DNA of 37,650 nt. It comes from Bacteroidales bacterium. Its GTDB lineage: Bacteria > Bacteroidota > Bacteroidia > Bacteroidales > WCHB1-69. The translations under genes were made by a program, and so were the position numbers. The notes under the pieces were generated by a model. It did not search any database, was not told the origin of the DNA, and saw only the letters and a program-made list of their open reading frames with translations. Shown piece after piece: positions 24,181-31,916 of this stretch (its first letter is position 1; each line of letters starts with the position of its first letter). The stretch spans positions 1 to 37,650 of the forward strand of contig JAIROC010000134.1 of the NCBI GenBank assembly GCA_031257735.1, read 5' to 3'.

Positions 24181-25239
24181 TTAATCTTCTATTGCGGTAC
24201 TACCTGGATTTTCTATGGCTTTACTACCTGCATTGACAGCTCCCTTAAGAGCCGATCCGCCGCCGGCGCTTCCCATGCCACCGAGAACCATAATGGAGGC
24301 AAGTGTTGTGGCTACACCTACCATCTTGCTGAGAACCCTTCCAGCATCAGCACGGCCTACATACTTGGACGTCAACCAGAATACGCTGCAATAAACAACA
24401 ATGATAATAGCGTCAAAAGCAATCAGTTCGGGAGCGGTATCTACTGTTTTTGATGCGTTCATACTTGCTATATTGCCGAATATATTACCGGTAACCGCAT
24501 CAACGATTGCATCCAATATGTTCAGGGTGGTGAAGGACATGCATAATGTCATAAGAGTACCGAACCAGTTCTCCAATTGCTTTTTAAAACACGGAAGGAT
24601 GCTGAAGGCAAAAGCTAAAGGCCCTATAATTATTAGTATTTTGACTAATACTACAGCTATACCTAATATGATAACCTTTACGATCATTAAGAGGAAAGAG
24701 GCCGTCGAATGGAATAATATTACAGCAAGATGCGCAGGGCTTAATAACGCTACTAGATTTTTTATTGCATGCAACAATCCCGTCTCCGGACTGGATGCAT
24801 CATAGACTTTTGTGTTTTCTTCCCTGCCCGAGGGGGTTAAATCTTGTTCATCAGCGGATTTTCTAGGATCAACCTCACCCGGAGCTACGATCTGATTCGC
24901 TTCCTGCAAGTTGGCGAAAGCGGTGGCGTTTTCAAAATGATCGGTAGAGGTCGCTTTATTGATCATTTCAGCAGAACCAACCATTATTGAAGCAATGGGA
25001 AGATAGGCATTGATGCAAAAAATCAAAACAAGGCAACGAGCCAACTCTGAATAGTTGGGAAAGGGATCACCACCATCACCGACAAGGGAATTAAAGCCGG
25101 TGGTCAAATAATTATGCGCAATGTTTACAACAAAGCAAATGGAAGCGACAATCAGTGCAACAGAGATAACTTGGCTAGTTAATACAACTGTCAAAGAATC
25201 ATTCAGATCGAGATTCCATATAAAAAAGTCAGGATTCAT
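24181..25239 (-). CDS. traJ: Conjugative transfer protein TraJ (polytopic, VirB6-like)
   Basis: 352 aa with multiple TM segments, in the position between traI and traK. Confidence 0.65.
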   Translation of the reverse strand: MNPDFFIWNLDLNDSLTVVLTSQVISVALIVASICFVVNIAHNYLTTGFNSLVGDGGDPFPNYSELARCLVLIFCINAYLPIASIMVGSAEMINKATSTDHFENATAFANLQEANQIVAPGEVDPRKSADEQDLTPSGREENTKVYDASSPETGLLHAIKNLVALLSPAHLAVILFHSTASFLLMIVKVIILGIAVVLVKILIIIGPLAFAFSILPCFKKQLENWFGTLMTLCMSFTTLNILDAIVDAVTGNIFGNIASMNASKTVDTAPELIAFDAIIIVVYCSVFWLTSKYVGRADAGRVLSKMVGVATTLASIMVLGGMGSAGGGSALKGAVNAGSKAIENPGSTAIED

Positions 25240-25247
25240 TTTGATTT

Positions 25248-25262
25248 TACTTTAGGAAAAAA
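25248..25262 (+). repeat. Core of the ACTTTAGGAAAAAA repeat, copy 4 (traI-traJ intergenic)
   Basis: TACTTTAGGAAAAAA lies between the stop at 25264 and the ATG at 25239. Confidence 0.7.
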
Positions 25263-25263
25263 T

Positions 25264-25848
25264 TTATCTGTTTCTATATCTGCTATATGCAAAAGTTCTG
25301 TTTACATCTGCTGTATATATCTTATGCATTATTTTTTTGTAAATGTTTTCGGCTGAAAAGCTTTTAATTTGTGCGATAATGGCTTCCATGTCTTTCACGG
25401 TCTTTTCCAATACCTCCTTTACCCGGTTAAGGATATTCATCCGCTCTGAACTTTTCATGGTGAAGAGATTCTTGGCAAGAATAACAGAGGTAAGTAATTC
25501 GGTCGCATAGCTGATATTCATTTCTACGATCCGGAAATTGAGAAATTTAGCACAAGAATAGCTCGTATTAAGATTCATATAGAAATTAAATTCTGTAGTA
25601 AGACAAACCAGATCGTCAATTAAATGTGCTATTTGACTGACGGATTGCAACTGGGTGACGGCATCACTTGCCAATTCTAATATTTGCAACTGGGCCATGA
25701 AGTCGTTGATGACATTAGAGGCTGCATTCAGGCCCTCAATGGCGGAATTAATCCCGGCATTGAGGGGGTCGTTAACTATAGCTTGTCCTTTTACCCTGAT
25801 GGAGGTTATGGACAATAACAAGATAACAAGTGTGATTGTTTTTTTCAT
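25264..25848 (-). CDS. traI: Conjugative transfer protein TraI-like (DUF4141, VirB5-like)
   Basis: Start trimmed to MKKTITLVILLLSITSIRVKGQAIVNDPLN (signal peptide followed by Q.IV.DP.N). Confidence 0.6.
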   Translation of the reverse strand: MKKTITLVILLLSITSIRVKGQAIVNDPLNAGINSAIEGLNAASNVINDFMAQLQILELASDAVTQLQSVSQIAHLIDDLVCLTTEFNFYMNLNTSYSCAKFLNFRIVEMNISYATELLTSVILAKNLFTMKSSERMNILNRVKEVLEKTVKDMEAIIAQIKSFSAENIYKKIMHKIYTADVNRTFAYSRYRNR

Positions 25849-25864
25849 GTTCTTTATTTGAGTG

Positions 25865-26095
25865 TTAAAAAATATCTGCAATGAAGCAATAGAACGCAAC
25901 GCCAATAAGCCAGGCAATTAAATATTGAGTCGCGTGCTGTTTATTTGTGGCAAAGGCCCAGATTAAACCGACTAAACCTATTGTTAGTATGGCTCCTCCT
26001 ATGTATATCAGGGCATCAGCCAGCGAACTTAAGCCAAAAGCGTCCTTTAAGCCGGCGGTACCTTGTTGTACTGCGTCGATTTGATGTATTATCAT
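25865..26095 (-). CDS. TraE/VirB2-like small two-TM protein, paralogue 3 (76 aa)
   Basis: LIYIGGAILTIGLVGLIWAFATNKQHATQYLIAWLIGVAFYCF has the same TM, short polar loop, TM layout as 29277..29567. Confidence 0.5.
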   Translation of the reverse strand: MIIHQIDAVQQGTAGLKDAFGLSSLADALIYIGGAILTIGLVGLIWAFATNKQHATQYLIAWLIGVAFYCFIADIF

Positions 26096-26111
26096 GCTAT
26101 TTGAAGTTTTT

Positions 26112-26135
26112 TAAACATTTGAAAACTATACACAA
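26112..26135 (-). promoter_or_regulatory. Intergenic motif copy e (TTGTGTATAGTTTTCAAATGTTTA)
   Basis: Overlaps the last codons and stop of traG (..CCV*). Ends 16 nt before the ATG at 26095. Confidence 0.85.
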
Positions 26136-28684
26136 CATCGGTTGAGATATTCACTGATAGCTGCAGGGATTGAACCTCTTTCCTTGTACAATTTCTCAAT
26201 AGCGACAATAGTTTCCTCCCTGGAATCGAAAGCAACGGAGGTTTCGGAAGAAACGCCGTTACGGAAAATCATGGATTTGTTACCCATTTTTATGAAGAAC
26301 TCTCTCCAGGTGGCGCCACGCTGTAAATTAAAGATTCTACCCTGTTCATCATTTGTGATACCCAATACACTGAGAGCAGTGACTTGATCCTTATTTTTTT
26401 CACCGTGGGGAAGAATGATTTTTGTGTCTGCATTGGCAAGAATGGATTGTTGTACTTTGGGGGAAGCATGGACAATGAAACTTACATTCTGAGCTGCAAT
26501 GATCACCTCTCCTTCTTTCTTCCGGAATGTCCGATAGAGATAACCGATAAAGTCCCCGAATTTCTTGTCGGTGAGGAAATCTAACGCTTCGTCAATAGTG
26601 AGGGACTTGGGAACACCTCTTCTTTGCTTGATCTTTTCAATGATAACGGAGAGTGTTAATATGGCGATCACAGGGAAGTATTCTTTGCCTTTGGCTTCTT
26701 CCATATCATAAGCAATCAGGGTATCATCGACTATGTTGATATTTTCTGTTCCATTGAGCAGATAGGCATACTCACCATCAGCGGTATAAGGGGTGAGCAA
26801 GAGGTCTATGTCTTCGATATTAAATAGACTTTGATGCGAGGATTTAAGGGTGTTATAGTAAGAGGGCAGATAATTCCTGTATTCTGTCAGGTTGGGAAAT
26901 AGGCTTTTCTTATTGACGTATTCATAAAACTGCTTGATACTGTTCTTTACCAATTGTTCTTCCACTGCTGTAGCCTCTTTGTCTTTCTTCCAAATATGAA
27001 TAATAATCGTGGCAATTGTGTTGATTAGATCGTCACTGCCTTCACCGTCTTCATCGGTAGTATCATAATTGTATTGGCCAAGACCGTCTTTTTGGCATAA
27101 GAACGGATTAAAGGAGAATTGTTCTTTTTGACGGCTATCAAAGTATTTTCCTTGATTAACCTGAATGAGGTGTTTATAGGAACCGCCAATGTCAATGATA
27201 ACCGTATCTTTACCCTGGATGCAATTCTGAAGGATAAGGTTGCACAAGAAGTAGGATTTGCCGGAACCGGAAGGCCCGATCACAACTTTGTTCCTATTAT
27301 CAATCAATGGGTTGGCCCACAAGTTAATCCGGATTGGGTTACCGAAACGATCATGAAAAATATGTCCGGTTTTAGGAGACAGGTATAAGCCTTCTTTATT
27401 CAGGTAACAGATAGCCTGCTTGGTTATGTTCACAAATCCTCTATAGTTCGAACGAGCGTTACCGGGAATCGAGCAGAAGAATAAATTGGCGACTTCTTCA
27501 TTTTCAATATAGGCTTTTGACTGATTGATGTTCGTGAAGCTTTGTTTTACAAGGGCGGATTTTGTGGATAGGGTATTCAAATCATGATCGTGGATGATGA
27601 CATTGACCGCAGTGTAGGAGGTCTGATAGTTATTCTCGGACAGGACTTTGCAGAAAGCGGTAATCTCATTTTGCTTTTCTGATACCGGAGTATAAAAGTT
27701 GGTTAGGAAGTTTAACGATTTTTTTTCAAAATTCAATGCGGAAACAACATCATCGGTTTTAGTGACTTCGATAACAGTATTCACAATATGGTCAAAGGGT
27801 AAGCCAAGCACCAGGGAAAACATCATACCGCAATTTTGAGGAATTGTTATTCCGGGATACAATTCTGTTTTCGTTATCTTGGGAAGTTTTAGCTTATCCA
27901 AGTATGTACCTTCTTCAATTAATGAGATGATGCCAACGAGCTTATCTCCGATCTTGAACGTACCCGTACCGGTAACAAGGCACATCGGCTGAACAACTTC
28001 TTTCGTGGCATCTGCAGTAGGATCGTTATAGGATAAATTGATGTAGTCGAATAGCGCGTTATTTAAATCGGCAGAGGTCATCCGGGTGGCTGCAATAGAT
28101 TCAATACTGTTAAAGCCGCTTTCGACCCCAAGCAACTGTATCTTGATTTCACTGATCTGTTTTCCTACATCATGAAAGGTCTTCATGAAAGGCGAGACGG
28201 ATTTTCTTAATAAAGAAGTAGATTGGGGGCTGCGACGGTCCGGGTTATTAGTGAAGGTAATGTATATGTTTGCATATATATTTAACATCTCAGTTCCTTT
28301 CAGCCCTTTCAAATTTGACATGTACAGGTAATTCTCCGAATATTCGTCCAATTCATACCGGGATGTGTAGACAAAGGTCTGTTGGTGAAAAACTGTACCG
28401 GGGGACAGAGAGCGTAAAATGTTCTCAAAACCTGTGTGAATATGCTCGGCATCGTTATCGGACAAAGTAAATGCTTCAGGAAGAAAAATTCTATATCCAA
28501 CAGTGATGTCTCCATTTTTGTTGACGATGAAACCATCCTCGATAGAATGAATGGGCATAACAGATTCCAACGATACACTTTGGTCGGTTAGTTTTACCGT
28601 ATCTTTTCTACATGACACGACTATCAGGAATATGAGTAGGCATATCAGAAACGAGACCAGGAATATGAGTAGGCTTAATTGCAT
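26126..28684 (-). CDS. traG: TraG conjugative ATPase (VirB4 homologue in Bacteroides nomenclature)
   Basis: Walker A IGPSGSGKSYF and Walker B-like SLTIDEALDF. The usual family N-terminus begins at MPIHSIEDGFIV, so an alternative start at 28558 is possible. Confidence 0.85.
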   Translation of the reverse strand: MQLSLLIFLVSFLICLLIFLIVVSCRKDTVKLTDQSVSLESVMPIHSIEDGFIVNKNGDITVGYRIFLPEAFTLSDNDAEHIHTGFENILRSLSPGTVFHQQTFVYTSRYELDEYSENYLYMSNLKGLKGTEMLNIYANIYITFTNNPDRRSPQSTSLLRKSVSPFMKTFHDVGKQISEIKIQLLGVESGFNSIESIAATRMTSADLNNALFDYINLSYNDPTADATKEVVQPMCLVTGTGTFKIGDKLVGIISLIEEGTYLDKLKLPKITKTELYPGITIPQNCGMMFSLVLGLPFDHIVNTVIEVTKTDDVVSALNFEKKSLNFLTNFYTPVSEKQNEITAFCKVLSENNYQTSYTAVNVIIHDHDLNTLSTKSALVKQSFTNINQSKAYIENEEVANLFFCSIPGNARSNYRGFVNITKQAICYLNKEGLYLSPKTGHIFHDRFGNPIRINLWANPLIDNRNKVVIGPSGSGKSYFLCNLILQNCIQGKDTVIIDIGGSYKHLIQVNQGKYFDSRQKEQFSFNPFLCQKDGLGQYNYDTTDEDGEGSDDLINTIATIIIHIWKKDKEATAVEEQLVKNSIKQFYEYVNKKSLFPNLTEYRNYLPSYYNTLKSSHQSLFNIEDIDLLLTPYTADGEYAYLLNGTENINIVDDTLIAYDMEEAKGKEYFPVIAILTLSVIIEKIKQRRGVPKSLTIDEALDFLTDKKFGDFIGYLYRTFRKKEGEVIIAAQNVSFIVHASPKVQQSILANADTKIILPHGEKNKDQVTALSVLGITNDEQGRIFNLQRGATWREFFIKMGNKSMIFRNGVSSETSVAFDSREETIVAIEKLYKERGSIPAAISEYLNRCCV

Positions 28685-28968
28685 TTTTTATCGACAATCT
28701 TTTTGGGGGTTAGGCTTTTAATTAAATATCCCTGAATGAAATCAGGATTTCCTTTTTCATTTTGTCTTTTGACTTTTTTAAAAATTAGGATGAACAGAAA
28801 AATAAAAATGACTACGAAGAGGATGAGCACAATGAAGCCAACTCTACAGATTACCATACCTAACACTATTATTACTCCGAAAAGGCTGATAATAGTGAAC
28901 TGTATAGGCGTTAATCCCCAAAAGAGGATTTTCCGATTCATTTTTACGAATGTATTATACCCTTTCAT
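28675..28968 (-). CDS. traF: TraF-like (DUF4133) small membrane protein
   Basis: MNRKILFWGLTPIQF followed by two TM segments. ATGA overlap with the upstream gene. An alternative start lies at 28941. Confidence 0.55.
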   Translation of the reverse strand: MKGYNTFVKMNRKILFWGLTPIQFTIISLFGVIIVLGMVICRVGFIVLILFVVIFIFLFILIFKKVKRQNEKGNPDFIQGYLIKSLTPKKIVDKKCN

Positions 28969-29243
28969 GATGATGTAATAATAACAATTCCTCCAATATT
29001 ACTTAACATGAGAGCAACAAGCCATGCAATCACGTAGGTATTCGCATTCGGTTTTCTAGAGACGACCTGCCAAATTACAAAGATTAACCCCAAAATGAAC
29101 AGAAAAATAAAAACGACTACGAAGAGGATTTGTGGAATGAAGCCTATTCTACAGATCAACAAACCTATTGATATTGCTCCGGAGAGAACAGTAATAGCAA
29201 ATCGTACAGGCGTTAATCCGCAGAATAGAATTTTCCGGTTCAT
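28965..29243 (-). CDS. Chimeric small membrane protein: TraF-like N-terminal half fused to a TraE-like C-terminal half
   Basis: The start was taken at ATG 29243 (MNRKILFCGL); the track start at 29270 is a GTG inside motif copy f. Nt 29095-29243 resemble 28790-28941. Nt 29011-29090 equal 29311-29390 with 2 mismatches. Confidence 0.6.
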   Translation of the reverse strand: MNRKILFCGLTPVRFAITVLSGAISIGLLICRIGFIPQILFVVVFIFLFILGLIFVIWQVVSRKPNANTYVIAWLVALMLSNIGGIVIITSS

Positions 29244-29248
29244 CTTTT

Positions 29249-29272
29249 TAAACAATTGAAAACTATACACAA
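29249..29272 (-). promoter_or_regulatory. Intergenic motif copy f (TTGTGTATAGTTTTCAATTGTTTA)
   Basis: Lies between the traE stop (29277) and the ATG at 29243. Confidence 0.8.
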
Positions 29273-29276
29273 CCGG

Positions 29277-29567
29277 CTAAACAACAAACCCGCCGATAAT
29301 ACTTAATACAAGAGCAACAAACCATGCAATCACGTAGGTATTCGCATTCGGTTTTCCAGAGACGACCTGCCAAATTACAAAGATTAACCCAAGCAATAGT
29401 ACTGTTCCAATGATGTACCAAGCCATTTCGGACATAGTCTCTGCACCCTCTTTTACAGGGTCTTTGATGGAGGAGAAGTCTGTAATCTTGAGTTTCTGCG
29501 ATGGGGCAGAGAGGGAGAATAATAATGCTGCAGTACATAATGCAGGCTTCCTAATTGAATGTTTCAT
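29277..29567 (-). CDS. traE: TraE (DUF4134, VirB2-like pilin) with signal peptide
   Basis: MKHSIRKPALCTAALLFSLSAPSQ is followed by two TM segments: WYIIGTVLLLGLIFVIWQVVSGKPNANTYVIAWFVALVLSIIGGFVV. Confidence 0.65.
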   Translation of the reverse strand: MKHSIRKPALCTAALLFSLSAPSQKLKITDFSSIKDPVKEGAETMSEMAWYIIGTVLLLGLIFVIWQVVSGKPNANTYVIAWFVALVLSIIGGFVV

Positions 29568-29917
29568 ACTGAAATTTTTTTTAGATTATTAAAATTAATT
29601 TTATCAAATCGGACATAAATTTTATCCACTTCATTCGACGGAAGAGAAGGACTCGGGTTTTTGGGGCTAATCTGGTCGAAATAGATTGCATACTCCGCAA
29701 GAACTTCAATGTCTTCATCGTCTATAGTCTCTTTCGCATAGATAATCTGAAACATAGGTTTAATTACCAGTGGAGGAGAACCGTCTTTCTCTTTCGGGTA
29801 TGTTCTTTTCCAAAGTACTGCCGGCTTTTTGAACAGTTGAAAGCCATGCGCAACAACGAAGTATATAACTGCGACAGTACAATACAACGCAATAACTGCT
29901 ATTATACCATATTCCAT
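29564..29917 (-). CDS. Small membrane-anchored protein (117 aa from MEYGII...)
   Basis: One N-terminal TM segment. ATGA overlap with traE. The track start at 29950 would overlap the upstream gene by 49 nt. Confidence 0.4.
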   Translation of the reverse strand: MEYGIIAVIALYCTVAVIYFVVAHGFQLFKKPAVLWKRTYPKEKDGSPPLVIKPMFQIIYAKETIDDEDIEVLAEYAIYFDQISPKNPSPSLPSNEVDKIYVRFDKINFNNLKKISV

Positions 29918-30126
29918 ACTGCTATGTATACTGCTAAAGCAATAAACCAACTGATGAGCGCCTTTTTTGCACCATCGGAATTGTTCGCTAATTTTCTAAG
30001 GACGGCGAGGGCGGCACATATTAGCCCTATTGCGCCGATCGTCATTCCTATATCTGTATAGGAAGCGCTTAATCCGTTAAGAGAGGAAGCGCCATTAATT
30101 TGTGAACTGATAAAATATGCAACCAT
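29902..30126 (-). CDS. TraE/VirB2-like small two-TM protein, paralogue 1 (74 aa)
   Basis: GMTIGAIGLICAALAVLRKLANNSDGAKKALISWFIALAVYIAVW. Confidence 0.5.
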   Translation of the reverse strand: MVAYFISSQINGASSLNGLSASYTDIGMTIGAIGLICAALAVLRKLANNSDGAKKALISWFIALAVYIAVWNMV

Positions 30127-30138
30127 ACGTATACTTTT

Positions 30139-30163
30139 TAAACTTTTGAAAGGCTATACACAA
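30139..30163 (-). promoter_or_regulatory. Intergenic motif copy g (TTGTGTATAGCCTTTCAAAAGTTTA)
   Basis: Fills the gap between the stop at 30167 and the ATG at 30126. Confidence 0.8.
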
Positions 30164-30166
30164 CTA

Positions 30167-31510
30167 TTACATCTGAAATAACTGATTGACTCCTTTCAAA
30201 ACAGCATCTTTTACATTTCCTTTCTCGGGGACTTTTTGCTGTTCTTTTTCCATTTTTACCGTAGCCTTTACAGCCTGAGGATCTTCAATGCCAAGAAGCC
30301 TTTTTACACCCTCCTTTTTCAAATCCGGCATTTCCAATTCTCCGATTTCTTTTCTTACTGCTTCAGAAGGCTTATATCCGCTTTGTGCGATTTCATTGAC
30401 GGTTTTATAATCTTCTGTCTTTATGGCTTTGATTAACCGTTCTTCCAACATACTCATTTCCCTCTTTTCAAGCGCCGGCTCCATGGCTTTTTGCTGTAAG
30501 TCGGCCTTTACTTCCTTTTTTTCCTGAAGTATTTCTGGGGTGGTCGGGCTGTTCTCTACCTTTTTTTTATCCGGTATTTCTATACCAGGAGAGAATCCGG
30601 ATTGTAATTTTGAACGTGATATTAACTTATCCAAATGGACTTCCGGACGAAGTTTTGCATTTCTAAATTCGATACCTTTTTTATCCGGGGTGAGGGCCAG
30701 CTCTGCTGTGAAGCCTGTCTTAGTCATGTCATCGTACAATAACACCGGAGGGGTTTGCTTGCCGTTGGCCAACAATGTTTTTTCTATGTCTGTTAGGTAG
30801 TGTAGGCCAATCTGTTGCGGAATATTTATTTCCTTTGCTCCTTTGACAATGACGGCATTCACCTCTTTGTCGATTTGAAGATAGATATCATTTCCCTTGT
30901 TACTCTTAATCAGAATGAGTTCTCCTTTGAGGAGCGCTTCTTTTTGTTGCTTTAGTAATGTTTTTCCCAAGAGTGTATCCGGAATGATAAGCTCTTCTCG
31001 TTTCTGTATGGCAGAGATTTTCCCGTTTTTCCCACGATAGAACTTAGTCGGGGTTCCATTGACATCCATGAGCTGCGAATATTCTCCCGGTTCTAACTTG
31101 CTCCCGGATCCATCGAGAAGAAAACCATTCTTGTTTGCGTAGTCGTACAACTCTTTACCTGTATAACAGACCTTATGCTCGTGATCAATAATCGTAAAGC
31201 CATCTTTACCCTCTTTTAGGGAATCCCATTTGTGAACTGTGATATTGACACCTTTCAGTTCTTCCCGATACTTGTCAAAATCCGAACTGGCAGCATTCCG
31301 GTCAAACAGCAGGGAAAGCCGTTCCATCGAAATGTCGGCCAACTTATCGTCTACCTTGGCTAACCCCCTGATCTGATCAAATGACAGCTTGGACTCTTCT
31401 CCGTCTTTAGACAATTTAAAATGTCCGTTACAATATTGGGAATTATACCCCAATGATCCTGCTACGGCGCTAAATTGACCAATGTTTTTAAAATGATAGT
31501 CTTTGTACAT
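30167..31510 (-). CDS. DUF3945/DUF4099-like conjugative-element protein
   Basis: The start was taken at MYKDYHFKNIGQ (or MFMYKDY at 31516); the track N-terminus MLYCVVYSFQ is the translated motif. GKTLLKQQKEALLKGELILIKSNKGNDIYLQIDKEVN resembles DUF3945/4099 repeats. Confidence 0.45.
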   Translation of the reverse strand: MYKDYHFKNIGQFSAVAGSLGYNSQYCNGHFKLSKDGEESKLSFDQIRGLAKVDDKLADISMERLSLLFDRNAASSDFDKYREELKGVNITVHKWDSLKEGKDGFTIIDHEHKVCYTGKELYDYANKNGFLLDGSGSKLEPGEYSQLMDVNGTPTKFYRGKNGKISAIQKREELIIPDTLLGKTLLKQQKEALLKGELILIKSNKGNDIYLQIDKEVNAVIVKGAKEINIPQQIGLHYLTDIEKTLLANGKQTPPVLLYDDMTKTGFTAELALTPDKKGIEFRNAKLRPEVHLDKLISRSKLQSGFSPGIEIPDKKKVENSPTTPEILQEKKEVKADLQQKAMEPALEKREMSMLEERLIKAIKTEDYKTVNEIAQSGYKPSEAVRKEIGELEMPDLKKEGVKRLLGIEDPQAVKATVKMEKEQQKVPEKGNVKDAVLKGVNQLFQM

Positions 31511-31552
31511 AAACATTTGAAAGCTATACACAACACAATACAACAACTACTT
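31475..31552 (-). repeat. 78-bp perfect direct repeat, copy 1 (motif + leader + first 12 codons)
   Basis: Identical base for base to 36245-36322. Confidence 0.95.
31510..31533 (-). promoter_or_regulatory. Intergenic motif copy h (consensus TTGTGTATAGCTTTCAAATGTTTA)
   Basis: Lies between the ssb stop (31547) and the start codon. The ATG of the downstream gene overlaps the motif's 3' end. Confidence 0.9.
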
Positions 31553-31861
31553 GCTCGTTGATGGGCATTCCGATACAGAAGTCGGGAAGATCAACCGATC
31601 CACATAAGTGGAAGTGTTATAGTACTTCTTACCGTCTTTTTCGTTCACTTTCGTGCTGAACTGCCCAACGATTTCTACATACTTACCTTTTGTCAGGTAC
31701 TTTCTTTGTTCATCGCTGAGCTTTCCAATGCAATCAAAGAAGTTCGTTTGATCCTTGGGAAGGTTTTCAGCGACAGTAAATGTGGTCATACCATTTTGAA
31801 AGCTATTCACAATAACTTTAGCATCTGCGGTCAATCGACCGGAAAAAATAATTGTTGCCAT
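31547..31861 (-). CDS. ssb: Single-stranded DNA-binding protein-like OB-fold protein (104 aa, no acidic tail)
   Basis: IIFSGRLTADAKV...NGMTTFTVAEN...FFDCIGKLSDEQRKYLTKGKYVEIVGQFSTKVNEKDGKKYYNTSTYVDRLIF aligns by eye with the bacterial SSB core. Confidence 0.7.
   Translation of the reverse strand: MATIIFSGRLTADAKVIVNSFQNGMTTFTVAENLPKDQTNFFDCIGKLSDEQRKYLTKGKYVEIVGQFSTKVNEKDGKKYYNTSTYVDRLIFPTSVSECPSTSK
31792..31812 (-). promoter_or_regulatory. Partial motif copy i inside the ssb coding sequence (TTGTGAATAGCTTTCAAAATG)
   Basis: A 17-nt exact match to copy a (TTGAAAGCTATTCACAA on the plus strand). It encodes VNSFQNG. Confidence 0.6.
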
Positions 31862-31882
31862 AATTAATATTATTGATTTTTA

Positions 31883-31906
31883 TAAACATTTGAAAGCTAT
31901 ACACAA
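31883..31906 (-). promoter_or_regulatory. Intergenic motif copy i' (consensus)
   Basis: Lies between the stop at 31917 and the ssb ATG at 31861. The upstream extension GTAGTTGTATTGTGT is shared with copies h and m. Confidence 0.9.
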
Positions 31907-31916
31907 CACAATACAA

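Noticed and set aside
28625-28674. 17-bp direct repeat CAGGAATATGAGTAGGC x2 at the 5' end of the traG ORF.
   Set aside because: It encodes the duplicated hydrophobic LLIFL segment of a possibly non-native N-terminal extension. It is probably a small local duplication, with no further signal.
29263-29538. 91-aa alternative-frame ORF overlapping traE.
   Set aside because: It is on the same strand as the TraE-like ORF but in a different frame. TraE has a signal peptide and TM layout, whereas this Cys/Arg-rich frame has no support.
30167-31546. Track N-termini MLYCVVYSFQMF... (30167..31546 and 35408..36316) and MYSFQLFKK... (28965..29270).
   Set aside because: These residues are the translated 24-nt intergenic motif, reached from non-ATG starts. 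The extended ORFs would overlap or abut the upstream stop codon. The starts were moved to the first ATG after or at the end of the motif.
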